Shown here: positions 24,435 through 39,331 of the stretch, in pieces
How the letters are laid out: every line of letters starts with the position of its first letter
Numbering within the stretch: the first letter of the stretch is position 1
DNA from: Perkinsus chesapeaki ATCC PRA-425
Lineage: Eukaryota; Protista; Perkinsozoa
DNA length: 57,229 bases
Assembly: GCA_013115145.1 (NCBI GenBank)
Contig: JAAPAO010000180.1
Coordinates: 1 to 57,229 of the forward strand
Direction of reading: 5' to 3'
Notes under the pieces: generated by a model
What the model was told of the DNA's origin: nothing
Databases searched by the model: none
The model's input: only the letters and a program-made list of their open reading frames with translations
Program-made: the position numbers and the translations under genes

Positions 24435-24878
24435 ACTAACTCTGGGAGAACCCAAACACTGATAAATCAACCTTCAACGTATCCTACTAGCTTCAAGCGA
24501 AGATACCCCCTCAAACACAAGACTACCAACAATGAACTATATGTATTCAGCTGAGAGACATCCCATCATCATAGAAGCGTATCTTAGGTTGATGGTGATG
24601 ATATCTACAGCTGGGTGATGATGGTTATGTTGCTGAACGACTATAAGGTAGTAGTAGTTCAGCAACGTCAGTAATTGTGACGACGTTAACAATGATTAGT
24701 ATTTTGGAAGGTACCAAAAATAATCATTGAAGAGGAAGTGTTATTATCCAGTTATGGTTATTATAGAAGACGTTCTGGTATAAATTACAGTAGAAAGGAA
24801 CAATAACAACAATAGCCGCAACGGATAAAATGGTCTAGAGGATAATAAAGTCCTATCCATAATCAAACTTTCATCCCA

Positions 24879-24910
24879 AAGGTCTCGGGTTCGATCTCCA
24901 GATGGACTTA
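24879..24910 (+). repeat. tRNA 3'-half-like element just downstream of DBP2 stop
   Basis: AAGGTCTCGGGTTCGATCTCCAGATGGACTTA. Confidence 0.7.
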
Positions 24911-24953
24911 TTCTACCTCGTTAGCGGCAGTCATCGTTCGCAAAAAGAGGCGC

Positions 24954-27239
<2,286 letters not shown>

Positions 27240-27410
27240 TGTGGAAAAAGAAGATAGAAAGAAGAAGAATAACTAAGAATTATCAATGGGTTATATAAGG
27301 ATCACGTCTACGTGCTGTTGACCAATCGCAGCGGTTAAGTAGCGCACGCCCAGGTGATCGATTTGGCGCAAGATCTACTGAAGTGGTTGGTAGGCATCGT
27401 GGGTGGTTTA

Positions 27411-29298
27411 ATGGCTGATATTGGATCAACAGGAGCTCGATCGATACGAAGATCTTTAGCGGTGATGTTGCTAAGGCGAATGAGGAAAAGTAGAAATCGG
27501 ATAGAGATTCATTCTTGACCTATTTTGTATCTTATGTGGTCTAGAGCATGAATTCAGGTGGGAGAATTGTGCAGCTCGTGGACGGCAGGCAACTATTGGA
27601 GACCAGTTACCCTTGCCAAATAGATTTCTGGGGGAGAGGTGAAGCTGACCCATTCAGTATCTTGCATGGTTGAGTTCAAGATCCTCTTTAGGGTACTCGA
27701 TGACCACTAATGTCGTAAGAGTGTCTGAACTTGCATACACCGCTGAAAAAGCTCTCAAATTTCATGTAAAATCCGAGGTTGGAGCGTGCATCATTGACTG
27801 CCAAAGATTCCTTTCAGCTTGTTTCGCGTTTCTATCCAGAAACTTGCGAAACAGCGAACCCAGCGAGAGTGTCCGGCCTAGCTCTCGGCAAACTGAAGGA
27901 TCGATTATTACGGTAATATAATAAAATGATCCATCTAGGGATTGAGCCGAGGACCTTCCGATTACCTCAGGCCCTTACTAACCGAAAATGATGATAAAGT
28001 AGTTGTGGCTCCCAAAGAGGAGGAAGACACACTTTTCGAGACTGTAAAGTAATTTGTATCATGACAATTTGCACGCATGCGCAAGACGTTCAGATATATC
28101 TCAGAACAGTCATTGCTGAACGCTAGCAACTTTCAGCGAGTGGATCCTGAATCGGGAATAATGATACAAGTAATCGATCTCCCGATCGATGGATTCAAGA
28201 AATACTGCTCTAAGGTCGCGACCGGCTATTGTCAAGATGCCCCCCAACCCGCTGATCCATCCAAGAAAAATTATGTATTATTGGTCCCTGGTTCGATTCC
28301 CGGCTTGGGTATTATTGCTGCAGGTTTACACTTATCGTATTACACTACAGAATCTCCATAAAGATAAGGAGTATCGAATACTTGGCCGAAGTTATACTTT
28401 TCGCGACGCTGACGGCCACGTAATCCCCATGACTTCTTAAGCAGGAAATTTCTCAGTTCTCTCCGGGCAGTCTACCGAGTGCCATAGTTCCAATCAGGTT
28501 TTCGCGAACATTAGTACCGGTAGTGAGGAGGCCATGGGTGTGGTGGGCTTAACGGTGAGACGTGAATTTCTTGGCGCGTGACCATCTACTATGCGATCCA
28601 TTTGCAGCCATTACTACGAGCTGGCGAATCTTTCATATTTCACAGTGGAGTGAGGATACCAACGACCGAGGTGCGATTCGAACTCGGGACCTCTTGGTTA
28701 CGAAAAATGTTTCAGACTGGTACGTTCACGGGAGCCCTCGAAATAGGCTGTGGTAAAAAGGCAAAAGATGATGATGCAGAAGTGATAAATGCGACACCCC
28801 GAACTCGATCTCGACGCCTTTCGATTAGGCTTCTGATGAGGCTGATGTTGTCAAACGTGAACGTTTGGATGTCCGATATCGGAAGTGGGAATATTTCGCT
28901 CATATCGAGCCAAATCATTTATTATTAGGCATAAAGACGAATCAAAAGATGTCTTCTTCCTATCACTTCCAGATGTCGCCTTCAAACCGACAGCGGTCGC
29001 CGTGAAATTGCAAGACAACTTCGACAGGTATTTTCTTCCAATAGAATCACTACACCTGTTTTTCACACCTTGGGCTCTTGGATTGCATTCTTTCAACTTT
29101 GACATTGCAGATTTCGCTACTTTGCCGAACGTGTGGAGCATCTGTCCGCACTTGGCTACATCGATGAGACCGCAGAGGGCTTCCCTCCGGGGTATTGGAC
29201 GAAGCGTCGGAAACCTGTAGGAGAGAAAACCCAAAGTATCTTGACTGGCGTTATTTCGTGGCGCAGCGGTCGTTTTTTAGAAGGAAAGGTGGAGGCCC
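27411..29298 (+). CDS. ApaG-domain protein with N-terminal extension
   Basis: SGIMIQ|VATGY..NY|VYTYRITLQN..ILGRSYTFRDADGH|..EEAMGVVGLT|PLLRAGESFIFHSG..|TGTFTGALEI..FFLSLPDVAFKP; start and end approximate. Confidence 0.75.
27927..27965 (-). repeat. tRNA 3'-half-like element, antisense in intron 27913-27970
   Basis: rc GTAATCGGAAGGTCCTCGGCTCAATCCCTAGATGGATCA + TTTT. Confidence 0.7.
28283..28311 (+). repeat. tRNA 3'-half-like element in intron 28275-28323
   Basis: GGTCCCTGGTTCGATTCCCGGCTTGGGTA. Confidence 0.85.
28663..28702 (-). repeat. tRNA 3'-half-like element, antisense in in-frame intron 28671-28715
   Basis: rc CGTAACCAAGAGGTCCCGAGTTCGAATCGCACCTCGGTCG. Confidence 0.7.
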
Positions 29299-29404
29299 CA
29301 GATGACCCGATGGATTGATTTTCTTTTTGTCGGTACCGTTTGAGTTCTCAGTTGCAAAGCGGAACTTTGAGCTGCCGTCAAGTTGCGAAATACGATGGTG
29401 TAGC

Positions 29405-29476
29405 GGTTCTATGGTGTAACGGTTAGCACTCCAGACTCTGAATCTGGCGATCTGGGTTCGAATCCCGGTAGAACCT
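29405..29476 (+). tRNA. trnQ-CTG: tRNA-Gln (CTG)
   Basis: Identical to the 3579-3650 copy except T-loop TTCGAAT versus TTCAAAT. Confidence 0.95.
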
Positions 29477-29991
29477 GTTTTAACATCCCCATCATTCGTG
29501 CATATTTCGAGACCGAAAGTCAGAGGCTCCTTTGAGAGCTGATACCCATCCCCTACCAGAAGTTACACTAATAAACTGGTCAAATAACGCGACAGCGATC
29601 AGCAGTCGTGAAGCTGTTGTTGTTGTGTCATGGATGATCGATTTCAATCACATACCATTCGAAGGCAAACTATCCGTGTCCCACCCATCTAGTTCTTCAA
29701 GAGCCACACGAGCCATAACCTATTATACTAAGTATTTCTACCCACGTTAGCATGTACTAACATACCTCAATACTGTCATCCGCTTGGGCAACCGGTTCCC
29801 TAAATAAACACGATCTATTATTTATCAATAATATTCATCCATGTTGAACGTCACTCGTTTTTACATGGGGAAACAAACTATTAAATTACGAGTAACCGTA
29901 TTTTCGACCAATAATGTTGGTATCAACAGTGTCACGCAGCGAATGCAATTATACGGTTTCGATGAAGCCTCACCTTGCCGAAGACACTCCA

Positions 29992-32900
29992 TCACTGGAC
30001 CGGTCGACTGAAGTGGAGGTAGCACCACCAACTATTGGCTGAAGGTAGAGTCTGGAAAAGCAGTAGCGAGAGTGACCCTACCGACTGCCTTGGCGGTGCC
30101 CGACGTGGTCCTCTGGAAGCTGGGAGTGGTATGAATACTGTACTTGCTGTCATCGGATCACCGTTATTGTCAGAGCTCTGCGATACATCACCACACAGAG
30201 TGGCATCCTTATCAACAACTGCATGAGAAACAGCCACAACATCTTACCAGCTTATGGGCAGCGACAGGGCTCGTCAGACCTGATAGTTCATCGTAATCAA
30301 CTCTCTTCATTCTCTCCTCTCGAATTTCATCAGCGACCGAACGAGACAACTGAGAATGAACTAATGATGCCAAAATGTCAGTTAGCGCATACTCGATCCA
30401 CAAAATGCTCAGCTTCATTTCTGGTGAAATCGCCAGGACTGCGGTCCTCTCGGCCATCATTGCTTTCCACTCTATTCAAACGGCCTGTATGCTGCAATTT
30501 GCCATCAATATCACTGTCACACTACTCTCATGGTCTTTCACAGTGTTCTCCATTTCCTTCACTTGCCCTAAACACAACGGCTGCCACCTGGCGCCATCTG
30601 CACCACTTTACCTTCGACGGTTGCTAGTCTGTCTGAATAGCCTGTCTCACTCAAGAGGATTTGAATACCGATTTTATCATCTTCCTAAGTACATTCAAGA
30701 TCACTTGAGGTTCCGGCTGTAACGATAGCTAACTTCGCGTATCCGAGCTTGAACTCGGTTCCCATCGACTTCAACCACTTGGATTCGTTCCAGAATATCG
30801 CCTAATCATCAAGATTCACAACGATAGTTTTCCAATTCACCTACTCGCACTCAGATCACCCACAGCTTCTCCGTTCGAGGTCGATGACGGTAAACCTGAT
30901 AAGACGAAAGTTTTTAGCTGGGCTTTGTAAAACCGTTGAACTAGTTTCTCTCAGAGGGGCGAAACGATTTTCTGAATTGTTCGTGATCAAATTGACGAGT
31001 GAGATAGGGCTGAGGCCGCAGCCCAGGCTCGAGCTTACCCGCACTTTCCACCTTATCCATTCGCCGACTGAGATCCTCCAATCCTAAGAGTAAGGTTCTT
31101 ATAACATGCAAGATTTGAATAGTTCTACGATAGGAGAGGCCAGCAACGTCATCAGATCGATGCCGGGCAGGATCTTCACCACGTAACTCTGCTATCTGAA
31201 CGCCGACTCAGTCTCTCACAGATTTCGTGCCTCACGTTTCTTCTAAGATCTTCGATATGTTCGTAGAAGTCTCTGAGCATCTCCCCGTAGTATTCACCAT
31301 CAACTTTACTCTTTACTAAAATAGCACCAACCAGGGATCGAACTTGACACCTTCAACCCATACCATCTTCAACAGTCTTCATTTTCTCTGCCTCCACGAA
31401 TTCGCGTAGCATCCCATGCATCTGAGCAGTGCAATATAGGGCCCAGCTAGCCTACGCCAGTGGCACTAGTAACTCCTGGAATCTACACAGTGTAGCACAC
31501 ACTCTCAGTTCAATCAGCGCTTAATGAGTGTCACCAGTAAAGAGTTAGACCTAGAAGGTTCTGAGTCCCACGATACATACAAGATGCTTTATATTTTTTT
31601 TCTGCGAGGAATTACACTGTTCATGATTCCCGAATGTACTCGAATGTACCTCAGCCACAGTGGATGCAAGACTTCCTATCCTAATATCATGCTCGTCTAC
31701 TTGGAATCTTGTTTCGTGTAGCGCTACCTGATGGACGTAGCTGAAAAAGATACTCTCACATCCAACCTACATTCAACTTTTTAACCGCATCGTGAATCTC
31801 ATCAATCACGCGCTGTGAGCTTTCCTGTCTTGCGCACGCATTTCCACGCGGTTCATTATTTTTGCTATTGGCCCGTTCTGAGTATCTTTGTGTATCGGTA
31901 CTTATCGTCATATTTACCTTCGAGTCTGAATATCCTATCAGAAGCTTGTCGTATCACCTTGTTGACCTCTTCAAGGCTATTGTGAAGATGCTACGGAACA
32001 GAAAGATTGACAGTGCAGTATCATCGCTCACATTTTGCTCGGCAAGAATCTCTTCAACTCTAACATCAAGCCGCTCATGATGGCTGTTGGTTTCCACCAT
32101 AAGTTGCTTCCTTGCCGAAACCACAGCCTGGCTAATCTGGTCAAATGAAAGTGTCCGAGGGATAACCCGACGGTCGACCTTCTCCTTTATATCATCTACA
32201 CTTTCATTGCCAAACTTCGTTGAGGCCATTTGCTCGCTGGAAAGCTTGTCAATTCTCGCCCGAGCCTGCCAGTGCGCTACTATCATGGGATTGACTCAAT
32301 TGGGTTACATCATTAATCCCATTGTACATATCATCACAGCGAGAATCGAACTTCTTAGCTACCTCATCAACGACATTCTCGAGCTCGGAATTGGGTACGA
32401 ATTTTTTGCACATCTGACAATCTTGAAAACTTCACAGTTCGCAGTAGTCATATCGAAAAGGAAGTCACCTCGCGTAGCCGCCCCTCCAGCTGGTCGATCT
32501 GGTTGCCCTTGCTCCGTTCGAAGCTCTTCTGCCATTTATTTATACTCTCCGTGATTTCACGATGGCCGTCACTCAACCTCACAGGAAACAAGTAACACCA
32601 ATGTCGATGTGATGACCTCACTTTGCTCTTAGTGCATCCTCCACATCACGTACTGCATCATTAACAATACAATGTGTTCCATCAATCGTTTGAGCTTCAC
32701 GAAGTGCAACTTTGACGTCTCTTGGCAAGGGTATTTACTTTAGGAACTGGCGTATATTATTCACCTCATTTCAGCTGTTAAGGTCTCCATCCTTTTCCGC
32801 AAATCTTGAGCCTACGTAAGTGTTTTTGAACTACTGTGACAGAATGTCTCACTGTAGATTTGAGCTTCGATAAAGATTCTGCGTCACTTCTGAAGCCGGC

Positions 32901-34159
32901 CATTTGATCTAGACTTTTCTTCTGCTGCCGGATTTCCTCTCGCATGGCCGTCATCTCGCTGATCAAGAACCGACTACTCCGGTCACCCCCGGGGCAGATA
33001 TTAAATGCAAAAATATACCACGAGCCGAGCTTGTTTAGTGGCTATGAAGACTGCCTCAAACGCGGAAGGTCACGGGTTCGATCCCCGCCCACTCCCTACT
33101 TCCGGCATAATGCGAGATTATCGGCCAACCTTTGATCTGCAGTAGCCAGCCAAGCTTGCAGTTCCCTTCTCATATCCTCACTCATGCTGTCTTGAATCTG
33201 ATCATTTGAGTGTGCTGTCCTTTCAACGCCAATTGGTACTGATTTCATATTCCTCATGGTGAATGTAAGACCATCGAGAGCTTCCTGTTGTTTCAACAAT
33301 GCTGTGGTTACATCAAACCTATCGAACAATACAACTCAGTAATTGGAATGTTAAGGTCACTAATCGACGGGTAGACCGCGAGGAATCTAATGTCGCATCA
33401 TAATGCTCGGCTACATACCGAGCTTGACCTACTACTAGTCTGAATTGAGCACTTTGACTACAAACAATGGTCAAAGTAGCAAGTGTTACTCACTATTGGT
33501 GATACAATAGATACCTACCTTGGTGGTTCTGTTGGATGCCCACATTCTGAAGTTGTGTACATATTACGATCAGCTGAGGCTGGAGTAGGAACCCATTGTA
33601 TCATACCACGAGATGGCTGAAAACAGGTATCGTAAACGATAACGTCAATGCTTCAAGCCAAATACTGTCAGGATCGGCGGCATTCAAAATCATATACCCG
33701 ATAAGATATCATTTATGGCAGTTGTATCGTATTCCGCCGAGCAATAACAAATGATGAGAATCTGTTGTCACCCTCTGTAATCAAATGCTGACACTTCAAC
33801 TGCTAGCGTTATGCGTACAGCTGGGGAAGCACTCCGGAATCCGGTAATATATTCTCCTGATCTTCCTATGCTTGATAAGTGCTTATCAGTCTCAGCCAAG
33901 ATGGCAGCCACTACCGAAGGATCATATCTAGAAGGAGGTATAAAAGAGCACTTTGCAGCTAAAGTTACCTCCTATTTGATACAGCTAAGCCAGCCCTAGG
34001 TGTGGACATGAAGCTTTCTGGCAGTGCACTAAACAAACTGGGTAGATCACTCATTAGGCCGCCTTCTCTATCCAGTGTTCCTCTTATCGAAGAAAACCCT
34101 GTACGAATCGCTCCCGCATTCCAGCGATTCTGGCTGGTACAGTTAAGTGTACTGTGCAT
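29992..34159 (-). CDS. multi-exon coiled-coil hypothetical protein
   Basis: Heptad-rich exons (MISEMTAMREEIRQQKKSLDQM.., RRELQAWLATADQRLADNL.., DDIKEKVDRR..ARKQLMVETN..); boundaries approximate. Confidence 0.45.
31322..31354 (-). repeat. tRNA 3'-half-like element abutting a 3' splice site
   Basis: rc GAAGGTGTCAAGTTCGATCCCTGGTTGGTGCTA + TTTTAG. Confidence 0.7.
33066..33097 (+). repeat. tRNA 3'-half-like element, antisense in intron
   Basis: AAGGTCACGGGTTCGATCCCCGCCACTCCCTA. Confidence 0.8.
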
Positions 34160-34390
34160 CCCAATGTAACACCCCTTGACGCATACTAGTAAGAGTTTCC
34201 CACTAAGTGGTTCAACGACTCGAGTGGCATTAGGTTGACGTTCGATTCATATTGAATACAACGCGATAGCCACTGGTAGTGCTCAACACAAGTGCATATA
34301 TCTCGTATTCGTAAAATTTCATGTATAATTCGTTATACACAACGACAAACCAAGTGACTGTGTAATCGTAACTGGATACTGAAGTGCTAC

Positions 34391-35459
34391 TCAAGGTAAC
34401 TCAGACTCGGGAGGAATAACGTCAGGGAGGACCTTGCCAGGGTTAAGTATCCCACGAGGATCAAATAGCCCCTTCAAATGTTTCATATAATCGACAGCCA
34501 ATGCTGGTTTGCTATAGAAGATCTGATTCCTCTTAAGTGTACCTGAGATAGAAATGAATGACATGCTATGTTTAAGACCAACCCAGGTATAAAATCAGCC
34601 CGACCAAGAGCACTTATCAAAAACTAGAGTTTCATCGCTGCTGCTTTTGTAGCAGCGGGTATACACGATAGACATTCCAACAAGAAAAGCAGGGGCTCGG
34701 TAAGGCTAAAGAATACGTTGAAGATGGACACAATTATGGCAACAATCGCATATTCCTTCTATGAACGCTGACCTAGTCCATGCTCTCCACTTATGCTGCC
34801 TCGCATTTCTTGTACGTAATCGAAGACAACAGTATCTATCTCTTCATGAACGAGAGCCTAAAAAGTAAAAATACCCAACTTGGGGATCGAACCATGGACC
34901 AATCGGGAGCTTAGCAGTGCTAAGAGAATTTACTACAAAGGTCGCTCGTATCGCGAAACTGGAATAAATGCATGGGCGGCCTGTGGCATGACGACCCCGC
35001 GTTATTGAGCGTGGGCATCTATGAATAGGAGCGAAGTTGTCCTCGTTATAAGACATACCTCGCTATCAACAGGAACACTGCCACCAGCTACTCCAGTGTT
35101 GCCGCCTTGTATCGATATTGGTATATAGTTAGCATTGCAATACTTAACAGCTTTGGCAACCTCTTGAGTATTATTCGGTCGCAATACAACATTTGAGTGA
35201 CCTGAGGGTATTGTGACATTACTACTTCACATGAGCGATTCTCACCGGAAACCGTGTGGAACCAGTCATTATTGTAATGAGACAGATCGTCCTTATCAGC
35301 CACCAACACATTCGATACCAAATCTTGCAGATGGGATATATCGCTGGCAGTGGGTGGACGAAGGTTCGAGGATGTAGCCGCTGATGAGAAATGGCGTGCT
35401 AGTGAGGCGGACCATCTCAGCTGACAACTTGAGACATGTGAAGAGCGCGTTAGAATCAT
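34391..35459 (-). pseudogene. internally deleted, mosaic D-2-hydroxyglutarate dehydrogenase paralog
   Basis: First two exons and last exon nearly identical to 36858-39093; diverged exon ALVHEEIDTVVFDYVQEMRGSISGEHGLG; central catalytic exons not found. Confidence 0.7.
34872..34900 (-). repeat. tRNA 3'-half-like element upstream of a splice acceptor
   Basis: rc GGTCCATGGTTCGATCCCCAAGTTGGGTA + TTTTTACTTTTTAG. Confidence 0.8.
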
Positions 35460-36857
35460 TCTAGTCCATTGAATAAAATTGAATGCCGATCCAGTAACTT
35501 TGAGCACACATTGATGTACACACATTTGAGAATACATATCCTCGATGCCTGGTGCGTTGATATCCCTCGTATCACGGAAATGAAGCGTGACATCTCGCCG
35601 ATGCGCATGCGTGCGTGACCGAGAAGCGGACTAGCCTACATTTACTTCGAAACACTTCGTGTGCCGAATATTAAAATCCTGAATGTTCGTCCGCGAACTA
35701 GCTACTCAAGACAATGGGAAGGTGAGCTCGTATCATGGAAAGCGAACAGCTCAGACGAAATGATACAGGTAATGATCAATCGTGTCACGAGCTGGACATC
35801 CCCATTGTGGATTTCCGTCATTCGAGCGAGTCCCGCCCATCCGAAGCCGAATAGAAAGCTACAATCCGTTTTAACTGGGCTACATTGGAGATGCATTTCG
35901 AGACCATCGATTTGGTAGTTATTTGCATAATCCTACCAACATCGGCAGTAGGCGATAAAATATGAAAGAGACGCCGAACCTTTAGTGTAGCTTAGTTTTA
36001 GGTCAAGTGGAAGATCCCGGCGGTCTGTGTATATATAGGCTGTCCCCACAAATCTCTACATGTTTCGAAGTCAATACTCGCCAGGTCGACTACCACGGTT
36101 GAGACAATTAACTCTCAGCCACCCGTTCTGGTCGCATTCTGTTGGTCTATCGTATTTATGTTACATTTTCCGTAATGTGGAGCAAGTGCACAGTGACGCT
36201 CACACATGCTACCCTCGGAGTCTTACTTCCGTCACACCGGACTTGGGTCTCGAACACGGGATTTAAAAACTGGCTTCAATATCCATTATAGATTCAAGGT
36301 GATGGTCCTGTATTGGACACCAAAGAGTGTGCTACCAAATGCAGAATTAAAGTCAAACTCTGTTGGCTGGAGGATGCCATAGACAACTTCATACATAGCA
36401 TCAAAACACCATTATCTGTATTGTCGGTCTGCAACGACACGATTACAGTTCGCGTGTGAGACCCTCTTAGCAACACATTACTGTAAATTCCACAGTGCCT
36501 ATGAACCTCAGTTTGGCAGGCTGCTGCTTGTTAAGCGTCTCCCGAGATAATTACGACATTTAAACGCAAGTGCCATAATATATAACTAGGATGATTATGA
36601 TGATATAAACTGCTTCTTGTTGTTTTACCACAGTGTCTTAACAGTAGTCGTAATATGAAATAATATCTCGATAGGAGTTATGATGAAGTTGTACACAACA
36701 ATAACTACGACATCAATGACAGTAAACAGGTAGCATCAATATCACTAAACACGCTCCTCCGGTCAGCATTCCTGCATTTTATGTTTGCAATGAACAACAA
36801 CAGTGCGATTATTTAGCGAGTTTTACGATGAACCTCTTGTCAATACTGAAGTGCTAC

Positions 36858-39093
36858 TCAAGGTAACTCAGACTCGGGAGGAATAACGTCAGGGAGGACC
36901 TTGCCAGGGTTAAGTATCCCACGAGGATCAAATAGCCCCTTCAAATTTTTCATATAATCGACAGCCAATGCTGGTTTGCTATAGAAGATCTGATTCCTCT
37001 TAAGTGTACCTGAGATATCAAATAACAGACGACAAGCTTTGAGTCGCGACATACCTAGACCATGCTCGCCGGCTATACTTCCTCGCATGTCCTTAACGTA
37101 TTCATAAATCTCGGTATCCAATTCCTTATGGATGGGAGTCTGAGGAAATGACAATTGCCAAGGTTGGGAATCGAACTTGGGTTGGCTTACCGCGTAACTC
37201 ACAGTGGGATCCGAAACGATGTTGAGATGCAGGTTGCCATCTCCAACATGACCATAACCGACAACGCGACGAATCTGGAAAGAGCATTATGTCGCGCGCC
37301 ACGAAAATACATACCTCTCCTCTGCGGTGGAACTCTCTGCGAACGTGGCGCACTAAATCATCCATGGCACTCACTGGCAACGATACATCATATCTGAAAA
37401 GATACGAAATAGGTTGAGTTGGGAGCGACTCGATGCCCACTACTTATGGAGCACGCCTTCTCTGTTCAATGCAACGGGGATGTTCTCACGAATCCTCCAC
37501 AAGTCCTGAAGATTAGACACTGATGCAGCAAAACGATCACGTGATCGATTGCCCTACCCTCTCCTGTTTACTGTCATGAGATAGCATTCCTTCCACTGGC
37601 ACGCCGCCATGTGACTCTGCCTCTTCAACAAAGTTGTTAATCTTCAACTCGATATTGTGCGGGTTGTTTCCGTTAACCTATTCGAACGAAGCATGTTTTA
37701 ATTTCATCGGGGTCAATTGAAGCTCACCTCGACTAGTGCATAGTAGTCCTGTTCCTCACTTCTCCTTCCTGGGGGAAGATTCTTCAATAAATCGTTAAAA
37801 CCGTTTTCTTGGAGGCACTTCACACATTGACCATCGAAATACTCAAAAGCACTAAGTGACTCGCCAAGTGCAGCCTTTGCAACCGACAATAAACGAATAA
37901 CTTCATTAAATGAAGATACTCGTAATAATGCAGCCTAAATAGGAGGCGAAAGATATCATCCAACGCACTGTGAAGAATATCCACTCACTTGAGAAGCTCT
38001 TGGAATTGGATAACATAACATAGCGACTTTCGTAATAATACCAAGAGTGCCTTCTGATCCGATAAAAAGTTGCTTCAGATCATATCCTTAGAAGGAAGAC
38101 AATAAGATAACACATGCTGCTAGAAACTCCTTACCTGTGTTATCCTTCCTAAGAGCTCTCATCAAATCAAGAATCTTCCCTTCGGCTGTTACAACTTCAA
38201 GTCCAAGAATAGTTCCTCTTAATGAACCATAACGTAATAATCGAAGGCCACCAGCATTAGTGGCAACATTACCTAATCAAATGTATTATCAGTCATTTAT
38301 GTAATTCTTACCTCCAACGAGGCATTGTGCCTTCGAGCCGATATCATAAGGTGGCATTAATCCATAGTTCTCCAACTCATCCATTAAATTCTGTAGGATT
38401 ACTCCAGATTCGCAAGTAGCAATAGAGTCCGCTGTATTAACCGAGAGTATCTTATTAAGCCTCTCTAAGCTCATCACAACCTAAACAAAACAGCGATCTG
38501 ACTTCGATAGGCATGCATACAGTAGCTACCAGCAATTCTAGGATGGGAACGAAACACTCAATTCCATAAAGTTAAATAACATCAAGAGTACGACCTCAAG
38601 AGCATTCTCGATATTCTCGTCACACCCATAGAAGAGATACCAAGAAGTAACTATAACTTACCTCGCTATCAACAGGAACACTCCCTCCAACTAGCCCAGT
38701 GTTGCCACCTTGTATCGATATTGGTATATAATTATCATTGCAATACTTAACAGCTTTGGCAACCTCTTGAGTAGTCTTCGGTCGCAATACAACATTTGAG
38801 TGACCTGAGGTGGAGGAGAAGTAACATGACAATTTAGAAGTGAACTAACCTGATCGAGTTCGCAACCAGTCATTATTGTAATGAGACAGATCATCCTTAT
38901 CAGCCACCAACACATTCGATACCAAATCTTGCAGATGGGATATATCGCTGGCAGTGGGTGGACGAAGGTTCGAGGATGTAGCCGCTGATGAGAAATGACG
39001 AGCCACAGCCGCGGAGAGGGTCGGGACTCCGACTGCCAAAGCTGGCCGTGCCAAAGAGCTCATCGCTCCCCGGAAAAGTTGCGGGCTCAACAT
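36858..39093 (-). CDS. D2HGDH: mitochondrial D-2-hydroxyglutarate dehydrogenase (FAD-linked oxidase)
   Basis: [102 protein letters not shown]; transit-peptide-like N-terminus. Confidence 0.93.
37156..37181 (-). repeat. tRNA T-arm/B-box element in D2HGDH intron 37140-37190
   Basis: rc CCCAAGTTCGATTCCCAACCTTGGCA. Confidence 0.65.
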
Positions 39094-39331
39094 TTGATAA
39101 AAGTTATTGACGGGAGAAAAATAACTGCAGAAATTAGGCAAGTGGCAAAATACAATCACTGGATTATAATGTGTGAAATTTATTGGTATTTTTGGTACTA
39201 ATCAACTTCTGGTGGATCGTTTTGATTATTCATATTTCTCGCCAAGTTCATGAACGTATGGGCGGCCCACTCATCGAATGCTGTCTGAATAACAAACACA
39301 TGCCCGCAAGCTGACCTATTCTGTATCTTAT

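Noticed and set aside
28420-28444. Apparent 25-nt ultrashort intron
   Set aside because: The acceptor at 28498 gives a better ApaG alignment (79-nt intron).
30740-30760. CCGAG-TTCAAG-CTCGG hairpin (also weak hits at 32336-32358 and 44808-44828)
   Set aside because: Six-nt loop or missing GGTC/acceptor context; may be decayed elements but too weak to list as features.
38950-38975. GAAGGTTCGAGG B-box-like words (also about 35355-35375)
   Set aside because: Antisense of D2HGDH coding sequence (SSNLRPPT).
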